From: Gemmatimonadaceae bacterium
GTDB lineage: Bacteria; Gemmatimonadota; Gemmatimonadetes; Gemmatimonadales; Gemmatimonadaceae
Length of the DNA: 40,296 nt
Assembly (NCBI GenBank): GCA_040902005.1
Contig: JBBDYA010000023.1
Location: 2,140-42,435, forward strand
Reading direction: 5' to 3'
Part shown: positions 29,564 through 40,296 of the stretch, piece by piece
Numbering within the stretch: the first letter of the stretch is position 1
How the letters are laid out: each line of letters opens with the position of its first letter
Notes under the pieces: generated by a model
The model's database searches: none
What the model saw: only the letters and a program-made list of their open reading frames with translations
What the model was told of the DNA's origin: nothing
Made by a program: the position numbers and the translations under genes

Positions 29564-30770
29564 CGCATACATCATCGGCGGCGTGCGCACGCCCATCGGC
29601 AACATGGGCGGTGGCCTGAGCGAGGTACGGCCGGACGACCTCGCCGCGCACACCATCGCCGAACTGATGCGGCGGCATCCTCAGGCGGATCCGTCGGCGA
29701 TCGCGGACGTCGTCCTCGGCTGCGCGAATCAGGCGGGGGAAGACAACCGGAACGTGGCCCGCATGGCGCTGCTCCTGGCGGGACTGCCGCACACCGTACC
29801 GGGTGAGACGGTGAACCGGTTGTGCGCCTCCGGGATGGGCGCGGTGGCGTCGGTCGCGCGCGCGGCCAGGCTGGGCGATGGAGATCTCTTCGTGGCGGGT
29901 GGGGTGGAGAGCATGACGCGCGCGCCGTTCGCGTTGTCCAAGGCGGGCAAGCCCTGGGCCCGCGACATGGAGCTGTTCGACACGAGCCTGGGCTGGCGGT
30001 TCGTCAACGCCACGATGAAGGACAAGTACGGTACGGACTCGATGGGGCAGACTGCGGAGAACGTCGCCGAAAAGTACAGCGTGTCGCGGGACGACCAGGA
30101 CGCGTATGCCGTGCGGTCGCAGCAGAAGGCGGCCGCGTCGCGCGCGAGTGGCCGTCTGGCCGTCGAGATCGCGCCCGTAGCCATCGCGCAGAAGAAGGGC
30201 GGAGACCCGAAGCGGTTCGAGCACGACGAGTTCATTCGTCCGGATACCACGCTGGACGTGCTGGGGAAGCTGCGTCCCGCGTTTCGCACGGACGGCAAGG
30301 GCTCCGTGACCGCCGGCAATGCGTCGGGGCTGAACGACGGGGCGGCGGCGTTGCTCGTGGCATCGAAACAGGGACTCAAGGACTTCGGCCTCACGCCGCT
30401 CGCCCGCATCGTGTCGATCGCGGTGGCCGGTGTGGAGCCGCGGTTGATGGGCATGGGCCCGGTGCCGGCGTCGCAACTGGCGCTCACGCGCGCGGGGTTG
30501 CGCCTGGACGACGTGGAGGTGATCGAGGTGAACGAGGCATTCGCCGCGCAGGTGCTGGCATGCCTTCGCGAGCTGGGCGTCGACGACGAGGACGCGCGCG
30601 TCAACCCGAACGGGGGCGCGATCGCGCTCGGACATCCGCTGGGGATGTCGGGCGCGCGGCTGCTGCTCACGGCATCGCACGAGCTGCATCGCACCGGCAA
30701 GCGCTACGCGCTCTGCACGATGTGCATCGGGGTGGGACAGGGGATGGCAACCATCATCGAGAGATGTTGA
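29556..30770 (+). CDS. paaJ: 3-oxoadipyl-CoA thiolase (PaaJ/PcaF)
   Basis: GCANQAGEDNRNVARM, NRLCASG, NEAFA, GHPLG, CIGVGQG. Confidence 0.92.
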   Translation: MSDAYIIGGVRTPIGNMGGGLSEVRPDDLAAHTIAELMRRHPQADPSAIADVVLGCANQAGEDNRNVARMALLLAGLPHTVPGETVNRLCASGMGAVASVARAARLGDGDLFVAGGVESMTRAPFALSKAGKPWARDMELFDTSLGWRFVNATMKDKYGTDSMGQTAENVAEKYSVSRDDQDAYAVRSQQKAAASRASGRLAVEIAPVAIAQKKGGDPKRFEHDEFIRPDTTLDVLGKLRPAFRTDGKGSVTAGNASGLNDGAAALLVASKQGLKDFGLTPLARIVSIAVAGVEPRLMGMGPVPASQLALTRAGLRLDDVEVIEVNEAFAAQVLACLRELGVDDEDARVNPNGGAIALGHPLGMSGARLLLTASHELHRTGKRYALCTMCIGVGQGMATIIERC

Positions 30771-30777
30771 GACAGAG

Positions 30778-32877
30778 ATGACCGCCACGACGAAGGAGTA
30801 CGCGCCCGTGGGCCTCGCCGGTTCGGCGCCGCGACGGCTGTTCAGCTACGTGCGGGGCGAGTGGGTGCAGGGAACGGGGAAGGCCGCGGATCTCATTCAC
30901 GCGGTCACGGGCGAGAAGATCGGAGAAGCATCCAGCGGCGGGCTCGATTTCAAGGGGATGATCGAGTACGCCCGGACCGTGGGTGGGCCGGTGCTGCGCA
31001 AGATGACCTTCCATGCACGTGCGCGGATGCTCAAGGCCATGGCCGTGTACCTCACGGAGCGGAAGGCGGAGTTCCATGCCGTGTCGGCCGCGACGGGCGC
31101 GACCAGGGGCGACAACTGGATCGACATCGACGGCGGCATCGGCACGCTGTTCGTCTTCGCGTCCAAGGGGCGCCGGGAATTTCCCGACGAGACGTTCCAC
31201 GTGGACGGCCCGATGGAACCGCTCTCCAAGGGCGGTACGTTCGTGGGGCGGCACATCTGCGTGCCCATCGAAGGCGTCGCCGTGCACATCAACGCGTTCA
31301 ACTTCCCCGTGTGGGGGATGCTCGAGAAGCTCGCGCCCACGCTGCTGGCCGGCGTGCCCGCCATCGTGAAACCGGCCACCGTCACGTCGTATCTCACCGA
31401 GGCCGTGTTCCGCGCGATGATCGAGTCGGAGATCTTCCCGAAGGGATCCATACAGCTCATCTGCGGCAGCGCGGGCGATCTGATCGATCATCTCGATTGT
31501 CAGTGTGCCGTGGCATTCACCGGATCGGCCGACACCGGCCGGATGCTCAAGACCACCAGGTCCATCATCGAGAACAGCGTGCGCTTCAACCAGGAAGCGG
31601 ACTCGCTGAACTTCTCGATGCTGGCGCCGGACGCCGCGCCCGGCACCGACGAGTTCGAGCTGTTCATCAAGGAAGTGGCGAAGGAGATGACGGTGAAGGC
31701 GGGGCAGAAGTGCACCGCCATCCGGCGCACCTTCGTCCCCGAAAGCATGGTGGACGACGTGATGCGCGCGCTGGCCACGCGCCTGCAGGGAACGACGATC
31801 GGCGACCCGAAGGTGGAGGGCGTTCGCATGGGACCGCTCGCGGGCCCCGCCCAGGTGAAGGAAGTGCGGCGGAACGTGAAGCAGATCGCGTCCGACGCCG
31901 AACTGGTGTTCGGGAATCCGGATCACGTGGATGTGGTGGGCGCGGATTCGAAGCGGGGCGCGTTCTTCCCGACGCTGCTCTTCTACGCGACCGACGCGTT
32001 CAAGCCCGCGCCGCACGACGTGGAGGCCTTCGGTCCCGTGAACACGGTCATGCCCTATCGCACGATCGGGGACGCGGTGGAGCTGGCCCGGCGCGGACGC
32101 GGTTCGCTGGTGGGGTCGGTCTTCACCGCCAGTGATGCGACGGCGCGCGAGATGGTGCTCGGGACCGCCGCGTTCCATGGCCGCCTCGTGCTGATCAACC
32201 GGCACAGCGCGAAGGAGTCCACCGGACACGGTTCACCGATGCCGCATCTCGTACACGGCGGCCCGGGGCGTGCCGGCGGCGGAGAGGAGTTGGGTGGCGC
32301 GCGCGGCGTGATGCACTACATGCAGCGCACGGCGGTGCAGGGGTCGCCCACGACGCTCGCGCGCGTCTTCGGCCAGTACATGACCGGCGCGGAGCGGACC
32401 ACTTCGGACGTGCATCCCTTCCGCAAGTACTTCGAGGAGCTCGAGGTCGGCGACACGCTGGTGACCGCCACGCGCACGCTGACGGATGCCGACGTCGCGG
32501 CGTTCGCGGACCTGAGCGGCGACCACTTCTATGCGCACAAGGATGGTCTTGCCGCCCGGTCCATCTTCGAGCGCAAGGTGGCGCATGGCTACTTCGTGCT
32601 GTCCGCGGCGGCGGGGCTGTTCGTGGATCCGCCTCCCGGGCCCGTGCTGGCCAACTACGGTCTGGAGAATCTGCGATTCATCAAGCCCGTGTACCCGGGC
32701 GACACCATCCAGGTGAAGCTCACCTGCAAGCAGAAGACGGCGAAGGAGACTCCGACGCAGGGCCTCGGCGTGGGCGTTCCCCAGGGGGTGGTGGCGTGGG
32801 ACGTGGAGGTGGCGAACCAGGATGGCGAGCTCGCCGCGACATACACGATCCTGACACTCGTACAGCGACGTGGATAG
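30778..32877 (+). CDS. paaZ: Bifunctional oxepin-CoA hydrolase / 3-oxo-5,6-dehydrosuberyl-CoA semialdehyde dehydrogenase
   Basis: ALDH domain ([38 protein letters not shown]) plus MaoC domain ([23 protein letters not shown]). Confidence 0.96.
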   Translation: MTATTKEYAPVGLAGSAPRRLFSYVRGEWVQGTGKAADLIHAVTGEKIGEASSGGLDFKGMIEYARTVGGPVLRKMTFHARARMLKAMAVYLTERKAEFHAVSAATGATRGDNWIDIDGGIGTLFVFASKGRREFPDETFHVDGPMEPLSKGGTFVGRHICVPIEGVAVHINAFNFPVWGMLEKLAPTLLAGVPAIVKPATVTSYLTEAVFRAMIESEIFPKGSIQLICGSAGDLIDHLDCQCAVAFTGSADTGRMLKTTRSIIENSVRFNQEADSLNFSMLAPDAAPGTDEFELFIKEVAKEMTVKAGQKCTAIRRTFVPESMVDDVMRALATRLQGTTIGDPKVEGVRMGPLAGPAQVKEVRRNVKQIASDAELVFGNPDHVDVVGADSKRGAFFPTLLFYATDAFKPAPHDVEAFGPVNTVMPYRTIGDAVELARRGRGSLVGSVFTASDATAREMVLGTAAFHGRLVLINRHSAKESTGHGSPMPHLVHGGPGRAGGGEELGGARGVMHYMQRTAVQGSPTTLARVFGQYMTGAERTTSDVHPFRKYFEELEVGDTLVTATRTLTDADVAAFADLSGDHFYAHKDGLAARSIFERKVAHGYFVLSAAAGLFVDPPPGPVLANYGLENLRFIKPVYPGDTIQVKLTCKQKTAKETPTQGLGVGVPQGVVAWDVEVANQDGELAATYTILTLVQRRG

Positions 32878-34717
32878 CGACGACGCGGGCGGCGCGGGAT
32901 CCCTCGAGGTGCGCATTGCTTCACTCGAGGCGTCGGTGCGCGCGTTGTCGACCGAGCTGGAGCAGATGCGCGGCCAGCCGCGCGCCGACCTGCCGCCATC
33001 GGCCAGCGCGCCGGCGTTCGCCGACCCCACGCCGCTGCCCAGGTCCAGGCTCGATCTCGAGTCGCTGGTGGGCCGGTACGGCACGTTGGTGCTGGCAACG
33101 ATCATGGCGTTGGCCGCGGTGGGCACGTTCCTTGGGTGGGCGGTATCGCACGGGTGGCTCGGACCGTCACAGCGCATCGCGCTGGGGTTGATCGCGGCGG
33201 TGGCGCTCGCCGCCGCCGGGTTCCGGCTCAGGCGCCGCGAGCGGTCCTTTGGCGCGAGTCTGCTGGGGCTCGCCCTCGCCATTGCTCTCGTGTGCGCATG
33301 GGGCGCGGGGCCTTCGCTCCAGCTGGTTCCGCCCGTAGCGGCCTTTCTGTTCGCTGCCGCCACCTCGATCGCGCTCACGGTATTCGCGCACGCGGAGGCG
33401 GATGAGCCGCTCTGGAGCGTTGGATTCACAGGCGCGGCGATCGCGCCGTTCGTCACCGCGAGCGGCAAGAGCGACCTGGTGTTGCTCGCGGGGTACGGTG
33501 TCGTGGTGCTTTCGGCAGCCGGGTACGCGATGGGCCGCCGCCCGTGGATCGTCGCGGGGCGGCTGTTTCTGCTCGCGGCATCCGCGTATACCGTCGCCCT
33601 GGCGCTGGGCCCCGAGCGCGACGCTGGTCCGCTGCTCGCCACCGGCTTTCCGCTGATCGTCGGCATCGTGGGCGTGCTTCCGTGGATCAGTGGATGGCCG
33701 AGGCGCGAGCGATTGCGTGCCCTCGGCGCGCTGGCGGCACTGGTGGCCCTGCGCAGCGGCATCGCGACGGGGCTGCCGACGGAGCCGCGCACCACCGCCG
33801 CGCTTCTCGCGGTTGCGGCGCTGGTATGGCTGGTACTTGTGGACCGCACGCATGCCGTCGGGGGCGATACCGCGCAGCCCAGCAGCCGGCGATTGTATGA
33901 GGGGGACTGGCTGGACGCCGGCGCGCTGCCGCTGGCGTTCGTGCTGGGCACCATGATGGCGCTGGATGCCGGCGTGCGGACGAGCGGATTCGCGATGGTC
34001 ATTGCGGCGACCGTGCTACTGGTCAGTGTGGCGCGGCTGTCGCGCGGCTCGCTGCGCGACGCCGCGGTCTTCGCCACGGTGCTCTGCGCGCTCATCGCCG
34101 CACTGCTGCTGCTGCGCGCTCGTCCCCTCGAGTTCACCGCGGCGATTGCCGGGATCAGTGCCGCGTGCTTTCTGGCGAACCTGGTGTGGCGGAGTGCCGC
34201 ATGGGCCACACTCGGCCTGATCGGGTTCGTCTGGGCGTTCATCGCGATGCTGGTGCACCTCACCGCGCGAACCGCCTACGAGTACACGCCGTTCCTGACG
34301 CGCGAGTCCCTCGGCGCCGCCGTGCTCCTCGCCGGGATCGCGATCGGGTGGAGGACGACGGCCGACGACGCGCGGCTCGGTCGGCTGATGCTCGCCGGGG
34401 TCTGGGTGTGGGCGTTCGCGTGGGTGCACCAGGAGCTCTCGTTCGCCGTGAGTCCGACGGTGTCCACGCTCCTGCGCGTGACGTACTACGCGGTCACCAG
34501 CGTGCTGGCCGTGGCGGTGGGCCGCGCGCGCCGGATCGCGCTGGCGCGGCATGCGGGGTTGGCGCTGGCCATCCTCGCTGCGGGGACAGCCCTCACCGGC
34601 GCCCGCCACCTCGACGCCATCGCGGCCCGGATCGTGGCCGACCTCGTGGCAGCCGTGTTCCTGCTGGCCATCGCGTACTGGTATCGTCGGCCCGGTGGGT
34701 TGAAAACCGAGCGCTGA
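32870..34717 (+). CDS. Polytopic membrane protein, DUF2339-like
   Basis: N-terminal coiled coil (RIASLE), DLESLVG, GWLGPSQRIALG, then many transmembrane segments. Confidence 0.65.
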   Translation: MDSDDAGGAGSLEVRIASLEASVRALSTELEQMRGQPRADLPPSASAPAFADPTPLPRSRLDLESLVGRYGTLVLATIMALAAVGTFLGWAVSHGWLGPSQRIALGLIAAVALAAAGFRLRRRERSFGASLLGLALAIALVCAWGAGPSLQLVPPVAAFLFAAATSIALTVFAHAEADEPLWSVGFTGAAIAPFVTASGKSDLVLLAGYGVVVLSAAGYAMGRRPWIVAGRLFLLAASAYTVALALGPERDAGPLLATGFPLIVGIVGVLPWISGWPRRERLRALGALAALVALRSGIATGLPTEPRTTAALLAVAALVWLVLVDRTHAVGGDTAQPSSRRLYEGDWLDAGALPLAFVLGTMMALDAGVRTSGFAMVIAATVLLVSVARLSRGSLRDAAVFATVLCALIAALLLLRARPLEFTAAIAGISAACFLANLVWRSAAWATLGLIGFVWAFIAMLVHLTARTAYEYTPFLTRESLGAAVLLAGIAIGWRTTADDARLGRLMLAGVWVWAFAWVHQELSFAVSPTVSTLLRVTYYAVTSVLAVAVGRARRIALARHAGLALAILAAGTALTGARHLDAIAARIVADLVAAVFLLAIAYWYRRPGGLKTER

Positions 34718-34730
34718 GTCTCTCGGCGCG

Positions 34731-36413
34731 TCAGGGCACCGGAGTCTCCGGTTTGACCGTCGGGTAGGCGATGCCGAGTTGCTCGAGGTACGTCCTGTAG
34801 CGCGCGGGATTGTAGTAGTATTTGCTCAGCTCTGGCTTGTAGCGCGCCATGATCTCGGCGTTGAGCCAGATCGCCGGCCTGTCCGACGGCCGGATCAGCG
34901 GCGTGTATTTCGTGTCCGCGGTCTGCACCGACCGGAAGAAATCCCAGGCGAGCGGCACCAGGGTGGGCTTGAGGTACAGGTCGAGCATCGTCATCGCCTG
35001 CACCTTCGCGCCAGCGGTGGCGCCCTTGTGCGCGATCGGCGTCGCCATCGCGATCGAGTTCGCCCAGTTGTGTCCGGGGAGCCCCGGAATGTTCGAGGGG
35101 AAGCGCAGCGTCACCGTGGGGACGTTCCACGAGATGTCGCCGATGTCATCGCTGCCGCCACCCTGAGGATTCACTACCGGCCCGTTTGGCTCCGCCGAGA
35201 CCTCGGCGCTCAGCCCGCGGGGAGTCGTTTGTCCCATTTCACGCTGGAGTCCGCGCGCCAGCATCTGGTCCTTCGCGTCCCACGCCGGCAGCCCAACGGC
35301 CTTGATGTTGTCGTGCATGGCCATGGCGATCGGCTTGCTGAAGTAACCGGGCCAGGCGCTGCCCAGGATGCGAACCGTGTCGAGGGTGGTGCTGGTCATC
35401 ATCGCCGCGCCGCGGGCGATCGTATCCGCGAGCGCGAACAATGCGCGCACCCCGGCTTCGTCCATCTCACGGAAGTAGTACCACACGGACGCCGTGGGTG
35501 GCACCACGTTCGGCTGGTCGCCGCCGTCCGTAATGACGTAGTGCGACCGGTGCTGCGGACGGATGTGCTCGCGGCGGTAGTTCCATCCGGCGTTCATGAG
35601 CTCCACGGCGTCCAGCGCGCTCCGGCCGCGCCACGGCGCGCCGGCCGCGTGCGCGCTCGTTCCACGGAACAGGAACTCGGCGCTGATGAGCGCCATCTGA
35701 CCCGACCGGCCCCAGGACACGTTCAGGTCATTGCTCACGTGCGAGAAGAGCACCGCGTCCACGTCCTTGAACATGCCGTCGCGGACGAAGTATGCCTTGG
35801 TGCCGATCTGCTCCTCCGCCACGCCCGGCCAGAGGTGAATCGTGCCCGGGATCCGCTCGCGCTCCATGATCTTCTTCACGGCGATGGCGGCCGTGATGTT
35901 CACCGCCTGCCCGGAATTGTGCCCTTCGCCGTGACCCGGCGCACCCGCCACCAGCGGATCCCTGTAGCCCACGCCGGGCTTGTTGCTCGCCTGCGGAATG
36001 CCGTCCACGTCGGATCCGAGCGAGATGTTCGGCTTCGCGCCGGCCGGTGACGTCCAGGTGGCCACCCACGCGGTGGGAATGCCTGACACCCCCTGCGTGA
36101 CCCGGAATCCATTCTGCTGGAGAATCCCGGTGAGATACTTCTGCGTCTCGTATTCCTGGAACCCGAGCTCACCAAAGCTGAAGAGCATATCCACCATCTG
36201 CTGCGTCAACGTGCTCATGCTGTCCACCATGCGAACCGCCTGTGCCTTGAGGGACCTGAGCCGCGCGTCGTCCGTCGGCAGGTCCACCTTGAAGTCCAGG
36301 TCCGGGCGCGCCGCGGCGGCCGCGGCGCCGCGACCCTGGGCGCTGGCGTTCGAGGGGGTGCATGCCAGGAGCGCGATGCTTGCGCACAACAGCAGACGAA
36401 AGGGGATGCGCAT
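34731..36413 (-). CDS. Exported M20 amidohydrolase (AbgB-like)
   Basis: Signal peptide; ELGFQE, GIPTAW, GHGEGHN, AEE, SAHAAGAPWRGRSALDA, GGSDDIGD. Confidence 0.88.
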   Translation of the reverse strand: MRIPFRLLLCASIALLACTPSNASAQGRGAAAAAARPDLDFKVDLPTDDARLRSLKAQAVRMVDSMSTLTQQMVDMLFSFGELGFQEYETQKYLTGILQQNGFRVTQGVSGIPTAWVATWTSPAGAKPNISLGSDVDGIPQASNKPGVGYRDPLVAGAPGHGEGHNSGQAVNITAAIAVKKIMERERIPGTIHLWPGVAEEQIGTKAYFVRDGMFKDVDAVLFSHVSNDLNVSWGRSGQMALISAEFLFRGTSAHAAGAPWRGRSALDAVELMNAGWNYRREHIRPQHRSHYVITDGGDQPNVVPPTASVWYYFREMDEAGVRALFALADTIARGAAMMTSTTLDTVRILGSAWPGYFSKPIAMAMHDNIKAVGLPAWDAKDQMLARGLQREMGQTTPRGLSAEVSAEPNGPVVNPQGGGSDDIGDISWNVPTVTLRFPSNIPGLPGHNWANSIAMATPIAHKGATAGAKVQAMTMLDLYLKPTLVPLAWDFFRSVQTADTKYTPLIRPSDRPAIWLNAEIMARYKPELSKYYYNPARYRTYLEQLGIAYPTVKPETPVP

Positions 36414-36495
36414 CGGAAGTCCTCGTTCTGGTGGGGGCGATGGAGCGATGTCGGGAAGGACCAGTGGATCGCAGTGATGATAGACTTAAACCATC

Positions 36496-37368
36496 GTGAC
36501 GACAAATACGCGCGACCTGCTGCTGACGTTCGCCGGTGGCGGCAACCGGGCCTTCTACCAGCTGGGACTCCTCAATCGCTGGGGCGACGCGCTGTTGCCG
36601 CGGACGGCGGCGGTGGCCTCGTGTAGTGCGGGCGCGTGCGTGATCACGACGTTCCTGTCCGGGCGACGGGACGAGGCACGGCGCTACTGGATGGACCGCA
36701 CGCGCGGCATTGCGCGCAACTTCGAGTGGGGTAAGCTGCTGCGCGGGGAGCGGCCGGCGCCCCAGGGCGCCATCTATCTCGACACGCTTCGCGTCACCTT
36801 CGCGGATGGAGGGCTCGAGCGCATTCGCGCACAGCCGTTTCCCATCTACATCCTTGCGTCCGCGTTCCCCTGGATGCTGCCGCGCTCCCTGTCCGGTGCC
36901 CTCGGCATCACGCTGTATTCGATCGAGCGCACGGTGAGACGCGCGCCGCATCCCACGCTGCCGCGCCGGCTGGGCTTCACGCCCGTGGCGGTGGACGCGC
37001 GCCAATGCGCCACAGTGGAGGAATTGGCCAGCCTGATCATGGCGTCCTCGGCTACGCCGCCGTTCACGCCAGTTGGCCTGTTCGGGAACGTCGCGCTGCT
37101 GGATGGCGGGATGATCGACAATGCGCCGGCCTTCATGGCGGAGGAGCGGCATCCGGATGCGCGGCACAGCATCGTGATGCTGTCACGGCCGTATCATCCG
37201 TCGGTCATGGGCATCCGGGGAAGCCGGCTCTATCTCGCCCCCACCCGGCCCACCCCGATCGGACGGTGGGACTACACGCGCCCACACCTGCTGGACGACA
37301 CGGTGGCAATGGGTGAGCGGGAAGCGGAACTGCACCGGTCCGTGTTGGACGCTTACCTGAGCCGGTGA
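36496..37368 (+). CDS. Patatin-like phospholipase
   Basis: AGGGNR oxyanion loop, SCSAG nucleophile motif, ASSATP, DGG. Confidence 0.88.
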   Translation: MTTNTRDLLLTFAGGGNRAFYQLGLLNRWGDALLPRTAAVASCSAGACVITTFLSGRRDEARRYWMDRTRGIARNFEWGKLLRGERPAPQGAIYLDTLRVTFADGGLERIRAQPFPIYILASAFPWMLPRSLSGALGITLYSIERTVRRAPHPTLPRRLGFTPVAVDARQCATVEELASLIMASSATPPFTPVGLFGNVALLDGGMIDNAPAFMAEERHPDARHSIVMLSRPYHPSVMGIRGSRLYLAPTRPTPIGRWDYTRPHLLDDTVAMGEREAELHRSVLDAYLSR

Positions 37369-37380
37369 CCGGGTGCCGAC

Positions 37381-38796
37381 TCAGCGCTCGACCGGCAGCC
37401 CCGCCCTGCGCCAGGCGTCCATGCCGCCGGAGAACACCGTGACGTTCGTGAATCCGCGCGCGCGCAGCAGGCTGGCGCCGATCGAGGAGCGCGTGCCCGA
37501 CTGACAGTGGACGACGATCGGCGCATCCGGCGTCAGCTCGGACGCCCGATCGGCGAGGTCGCCGAGGTAGATGTGCGTGGCCCGCGCCAGGTGGCCCTCG
37601 TTCCACTCGGAGCGCCCGCGCACGTCGAGCACGCGCAGTCCGTCTTTCTCCAGGCGCGCCGCCAGCGCCGTCGCGTCGATCGTGCGCGTGGAGTCCAGCA
37701 TGCCCCCTTTGCTCTTCACCTGCTGCAACACGTCGAGCACCGCCCAGCCGGCGACGTCATCGAGCCCGATCAGGGCCAACTGCGCGATCGCGGTGAGCGC
37801 CTGGTCCCTGGATTTGGCGATGAGTGCGATGGGACGATCGTAGGTCAGCACGGTGCCGGCGTAGGTGGGCAGGCTCCTGGACGACGGAATGTTGATGGTG
37901 CCCGGCAGGTGCTGTTGCGCGAACTCCGCGCTGCCGCGCACGTCCACCACCCAGTGTGCGCGGTCGAGTGATGCCTCGATGCCGGCGGCATCCAGCTGCG
38001 GCACCTCCGCGGGCGGGCGCCGCGGCGGTCCGTCGCGATTCAGCTGCTTCATCACGGCGAAATACCGCGGCGGCTCCGGCTGGTCGGCGAGCACCCAGCG
38101 CACGAACGCGTCTTCGGTTGCATGCTGCAAGGCGGGATTGTACAGGCGCTCGTAGCCCAGTGTCGTCTGCGGCACGGACCCCAGCGCCTTTCCGCACGCG
38201 GACCCCGCGCCGTGCCCCGGCCAGATCTGGAGAAAATCGGGGAGCGACTCGAGCCGTCGGAGCGACGCGAACAGATCCTTCGCGGCGGCTTCCATGCTGC
38301 CCGCCACGTTCGCGGCGCGTTCGAGCAGGTCCGGTCGTCCCACGTCGCCGACGAACACGAAGTCGCCGCTCACCAGCCCGATAGGCCGGTCGCCGACCGC
38401 GAGGTCCGTGATGAGGAAGGCGATGTGCTCAGGGGTGTGTCCGGGGGTGTGCAGCACCGTGATGCGCACCTTGCCGATGTCGACGGTGTCACCGTCGCGC
38501 AGCATGCGCGCGCCGTCAGCACCCGCGAAGACGTAACTCCAGTCCGCCCCCCCGTGCGCCGAGAGCAGCAGGTCGGCGCGCGCGTCGTCGGCCAGCTCGC
38601 GGCTGCCGGACAGGAAGTCCGCATGGATGTGCGTCTCGGTCACGTAGCGCAGGCGCATCCGGTGCGCGGCGGCGGCGCGAAGGTACCGGGCGACGTCGCG
38701 GTTGGGATCGATCACAATCGCCTCGCGCGTGCGTTCGCATCCGATCAGGTAGCTCGCCTGCGCGAGGGCGTCGTCGTAGTAGCGTTCGAGAAGCAT
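37381..38796 (-). CDS. MBL-fold hydrolase + rhodanese fusion (persulfide dioxygenase-sulfurtransferase, CstB-like)
   Basis: [34 protein letters not shown], and two rhodanese domains, the last with HCQSGTRS. Confidence 0.88.
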   Translation of the reverse strand: MLLERYYDDALAQASYLIGCERTREAIVIDPNRDVARYLRAAAAHRMRLRYVTETHIHADFLSGSRELADDARADLLLSAHGGADWSYVFAGADGARMLRDGDTVDIGKVRITVLHTPGHTPEHIAFLITDLAVGDRPIGLVSGDFVFVGDVGRPDLLERAANVAGSMEAAAKDLFASLRRLESLPDFLQIWPGHGAGSACGKALGSVPQTTLGYERLYNPALQHATEDAFVRWVLADQPEPPRYFAVMKQLNRDGPPRRPPAEVPQLDAAGIEASLDRAHWVVDVRGSAEFAQQHLPGTINIPSSRSLPTYAGTVLTYDRPIALIAKSRDQALTAIAQLALIGLDDVAGWAVLDVLQQVKSKGGMLDSTRTIDATALAARLEKDGLRVLDVRGRSEWNEGHLARATHIYLGDLADRASELTPDAPIVVHCQSGTRSSIGASLLRARGFTNVTVFSGGMDAWRRAGLPVER

Positions 38797-38828
38797 CGCC
38801 CACTAACATACCGCCATGGCATGTCAAC

Positions 38829-39437
38829 GTGCGGATGGCGACCGTTAGGCCGTTGCGGGATCCGATTGCGCTGTTCCGGTCGCAGCTCGGCGAGGCGCAG
38901 GCGCTGCCCCGGGAGCAGATGCCGGAGCCGACCGCGTTCGCGCTCGCGACGGCCGCGGACACCGGCCAACCCTCCGTTCGGATGCTGCTGTTGAAGGACG
39001 TGGACGAGGACGGATTCGTCTTCTACACGAATCTCGAGAGCCGCAAGGCGCGCGAGCTGGCGGGCAACCGGCGCGCGGCGATGAACTTCCACTGGGCGCC
39101 GCTGGAGCGGCAGGTGCGCATCGAGGGACGCGTGTCCGCGGTGTCGGACCAGGAAGCGGATGCCTACTTCGCCACGCGACCGCGCGGAAGTCAGATCGGC
39201 GCGTGGGCGTCCCGGCAGAGCCGGCCCATGGAGCACGCCGCCGATCTCGAGGCGCGCGTGGCCGAGTTCGAGCGCACGTACGACGGGCAGGACGTGCCGC
39301 GTCCGCCATTCTGGTCCGGCTACCGACTGGCGCCCACGACGATCGAGTTCTGGCAGGGGCGGCCGAGCCGCCTGCACGAGCGCCAGTTGTTCGTGCGCGA
39401 GGGCACGGGCTGGCGCATCCAGCTGCTGTATCCGTAG
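38829..39437 (+). CDS. pdxH: Pyridoxamine 5'-phosphate oxidase
   Basis: [51 protein letters not shown]; alternative start ATG 38835. Confidence 0.95.
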   Translation: MRMATVRPLRDPIALFRSQLGEAQALPREQMPEPTAFALATAADTGQPSVRMLLLKDVDEDGFVFYTNLESRKARELAGNRRAAMNFHWAPLERQVRIEGRVSAVSDQEADAYFATRPRGSQIGAWASRQSRPMEHAADLEARVAEFERTYDGQDVPRPPFWSGYRLAPTTIEFWQGRPSRLHERQLFVREGTGWRIQLLYP

Positions 39438-39475
39438 GACTGGTCTCCGCGTATCCGGTCAGTAGTTTGCGGCCC

Positions 39476-40296
39476 ATGGCGACGCACACGGCCGAACAGG
39501 CTCCACCCGACGCGCCCGCGCCCTGGACCGTCGAGCACGCGAAGGCGCTGTACAATATCGAGGGGTGGGGCGCCGGCTTCTTCGACGTGAATGCGCGCGG
39601 CAACGTAGTCGTGCGTCCCGACAAGGAGCATCCCGAGCGGGAGCTGGACCTGTTCGACCTGGCGAATGATCTGGAGGAGCAGGGCGTCCAGCTCCCGGTG
39701 CTGCTGCGCTTCTCCGACATCCTGCGGTCGCGTCTGGACGCGCTCACGGAACGGTTCCTGACTGCCCGGGAGGAATTCGGCTACACCGGCGGGTACACGA
39801 CGGTCTATCCGATCAAGGTCAACCAGCAGCGGCACGTGGTGGAGGAGATCGTCGAATTCGGGTCGCGTCACGGCGTGGGGCTGGAGTGCGGCAGCAAGCC
39901 GGAACTGCAGGCGGTGCTGGGACTCGCCGACCATACCGATCATCTGATCGTCTGCAACGGGTACAAGGACGAGGAGTTCATGCGACTCGCCCTGATGGGG
40001 CAGAAGCTCGGCCATCAGGTGTTCGTCGTGATCGAGCAGCTCAGCGAGATCGACGTCCTGCTGCAGGTGGCGGAAGACCTGAACGTGACGCCCACCGCCG
40101 GCGTGCGGATCAAGCTCGCGTCGCGCGGCTTTGGCCGGTGGAAGGACAGCGGCGGCGAGAAGTCCAAGTTCGGCCTGACTTCGTCAGACCTCATGAGCGC
40201 GATCGACAAGCTGCGCGCGGCCGGCAAGCTGGACTGGATCAAGCTGATCCACTTCCACCTCGGCTCGCAGATCACCGACATCCGCTTCATCAAGAA
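39476..40296 (+). CDS. speA: Biosynthetic arginine decarboxylase, 3'-truncated by the window end
   Basis: Not in the ORF track (no stop in window). MATHTAEQ...LYNIEGWGAGFF, LPVLLRFSDIL, YPIKVNQQ (PLP Lys), GLECGSKPEL, CNGYKD, SGGEKSKFGL, HFHLGSQI. Confidence 0.96.
   Translation, partial: MATHTAEQAPPDAPAPWTVEHAKALYNIEGWGAGFFDVNARGNVVVRPDKEHPERELDLFDLANDLEEQGVQLPVLLRFSDILRSRLDALTERFLTAREEFGYTGGYTTVYPIKVNQQRHVVEEIVEFGSRHGVGLECGSKPELQAVLGLADHTDHLIVCNGYKDEEFMRLALMGQKLGHQVFVVIEQLSEIDVLLQVAEDLNVTPTAGVRIKLASRGFGRWKDSGGEKSKFGLTSSDLMSAIDKLRAAGKLDWIKLIHFHLGSQITDIRFIK

Noticed and set aside
32233..34263. 676-aa minus-strand ORF
   Set aside because: Antisense to paaZ and the DUF2339-like gene; Ala/Ser-rich mirror of a hydrophobic protein.
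36496..37368. CBASS CapV-type defence effector
   Set aside because: No CD-NTase or other defence genes adjacent.

Overview
High-GC bacterial contig segment; gene content and lipoprotein style suggest Gemmatimonadota (inference). It is densely coding, with no rRNA, tRNA, CRISPR or transposase seen. The core is an amino-acid catabolism supercluster: secreted M28/M20 peptidases, a GNAT + NSAR/OSBS + M20 trio resembling the D-to-L amino-acid conversion pathway, aacS-hppD-hmgA plus a divergent Leu/Phe-type dehydrogenase, an MhqR-like regulator with yceI and two visible operators, and a phenylacetyl-CoA cluster (paaABCD, G, H, I, J, Z). The paa cluster lacks paaK/E/F but contains a fused 2-oxoacid dehydrogenase E1. 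Best signals the ORF track misses: (1) an OsmC-family gene whose in-frame UGA (6048-6050) sits at the conserved C-terminal Cys and is followed by a SECIS-like GGUC-loop hairpin, i.e. a probable selenoprotein; (2) a possible PaaK-independent Phe -> phenylpyruvate -> phenylacetyl-CoA route; (3) a DUF2723 glycosyltransferase gene broken by a 1-nt homopolymer frameshift and flanked by two paralogous lipoprotein-like genes; (4) two stop/start-overlapping mini-ORFs bridging a repeat-filled spacer; (5) recurrent leaderless-type promoters. Poly-G/C tracts suggest some sequencing error. All family assignments come from motif recognition by eye; no database search was run.
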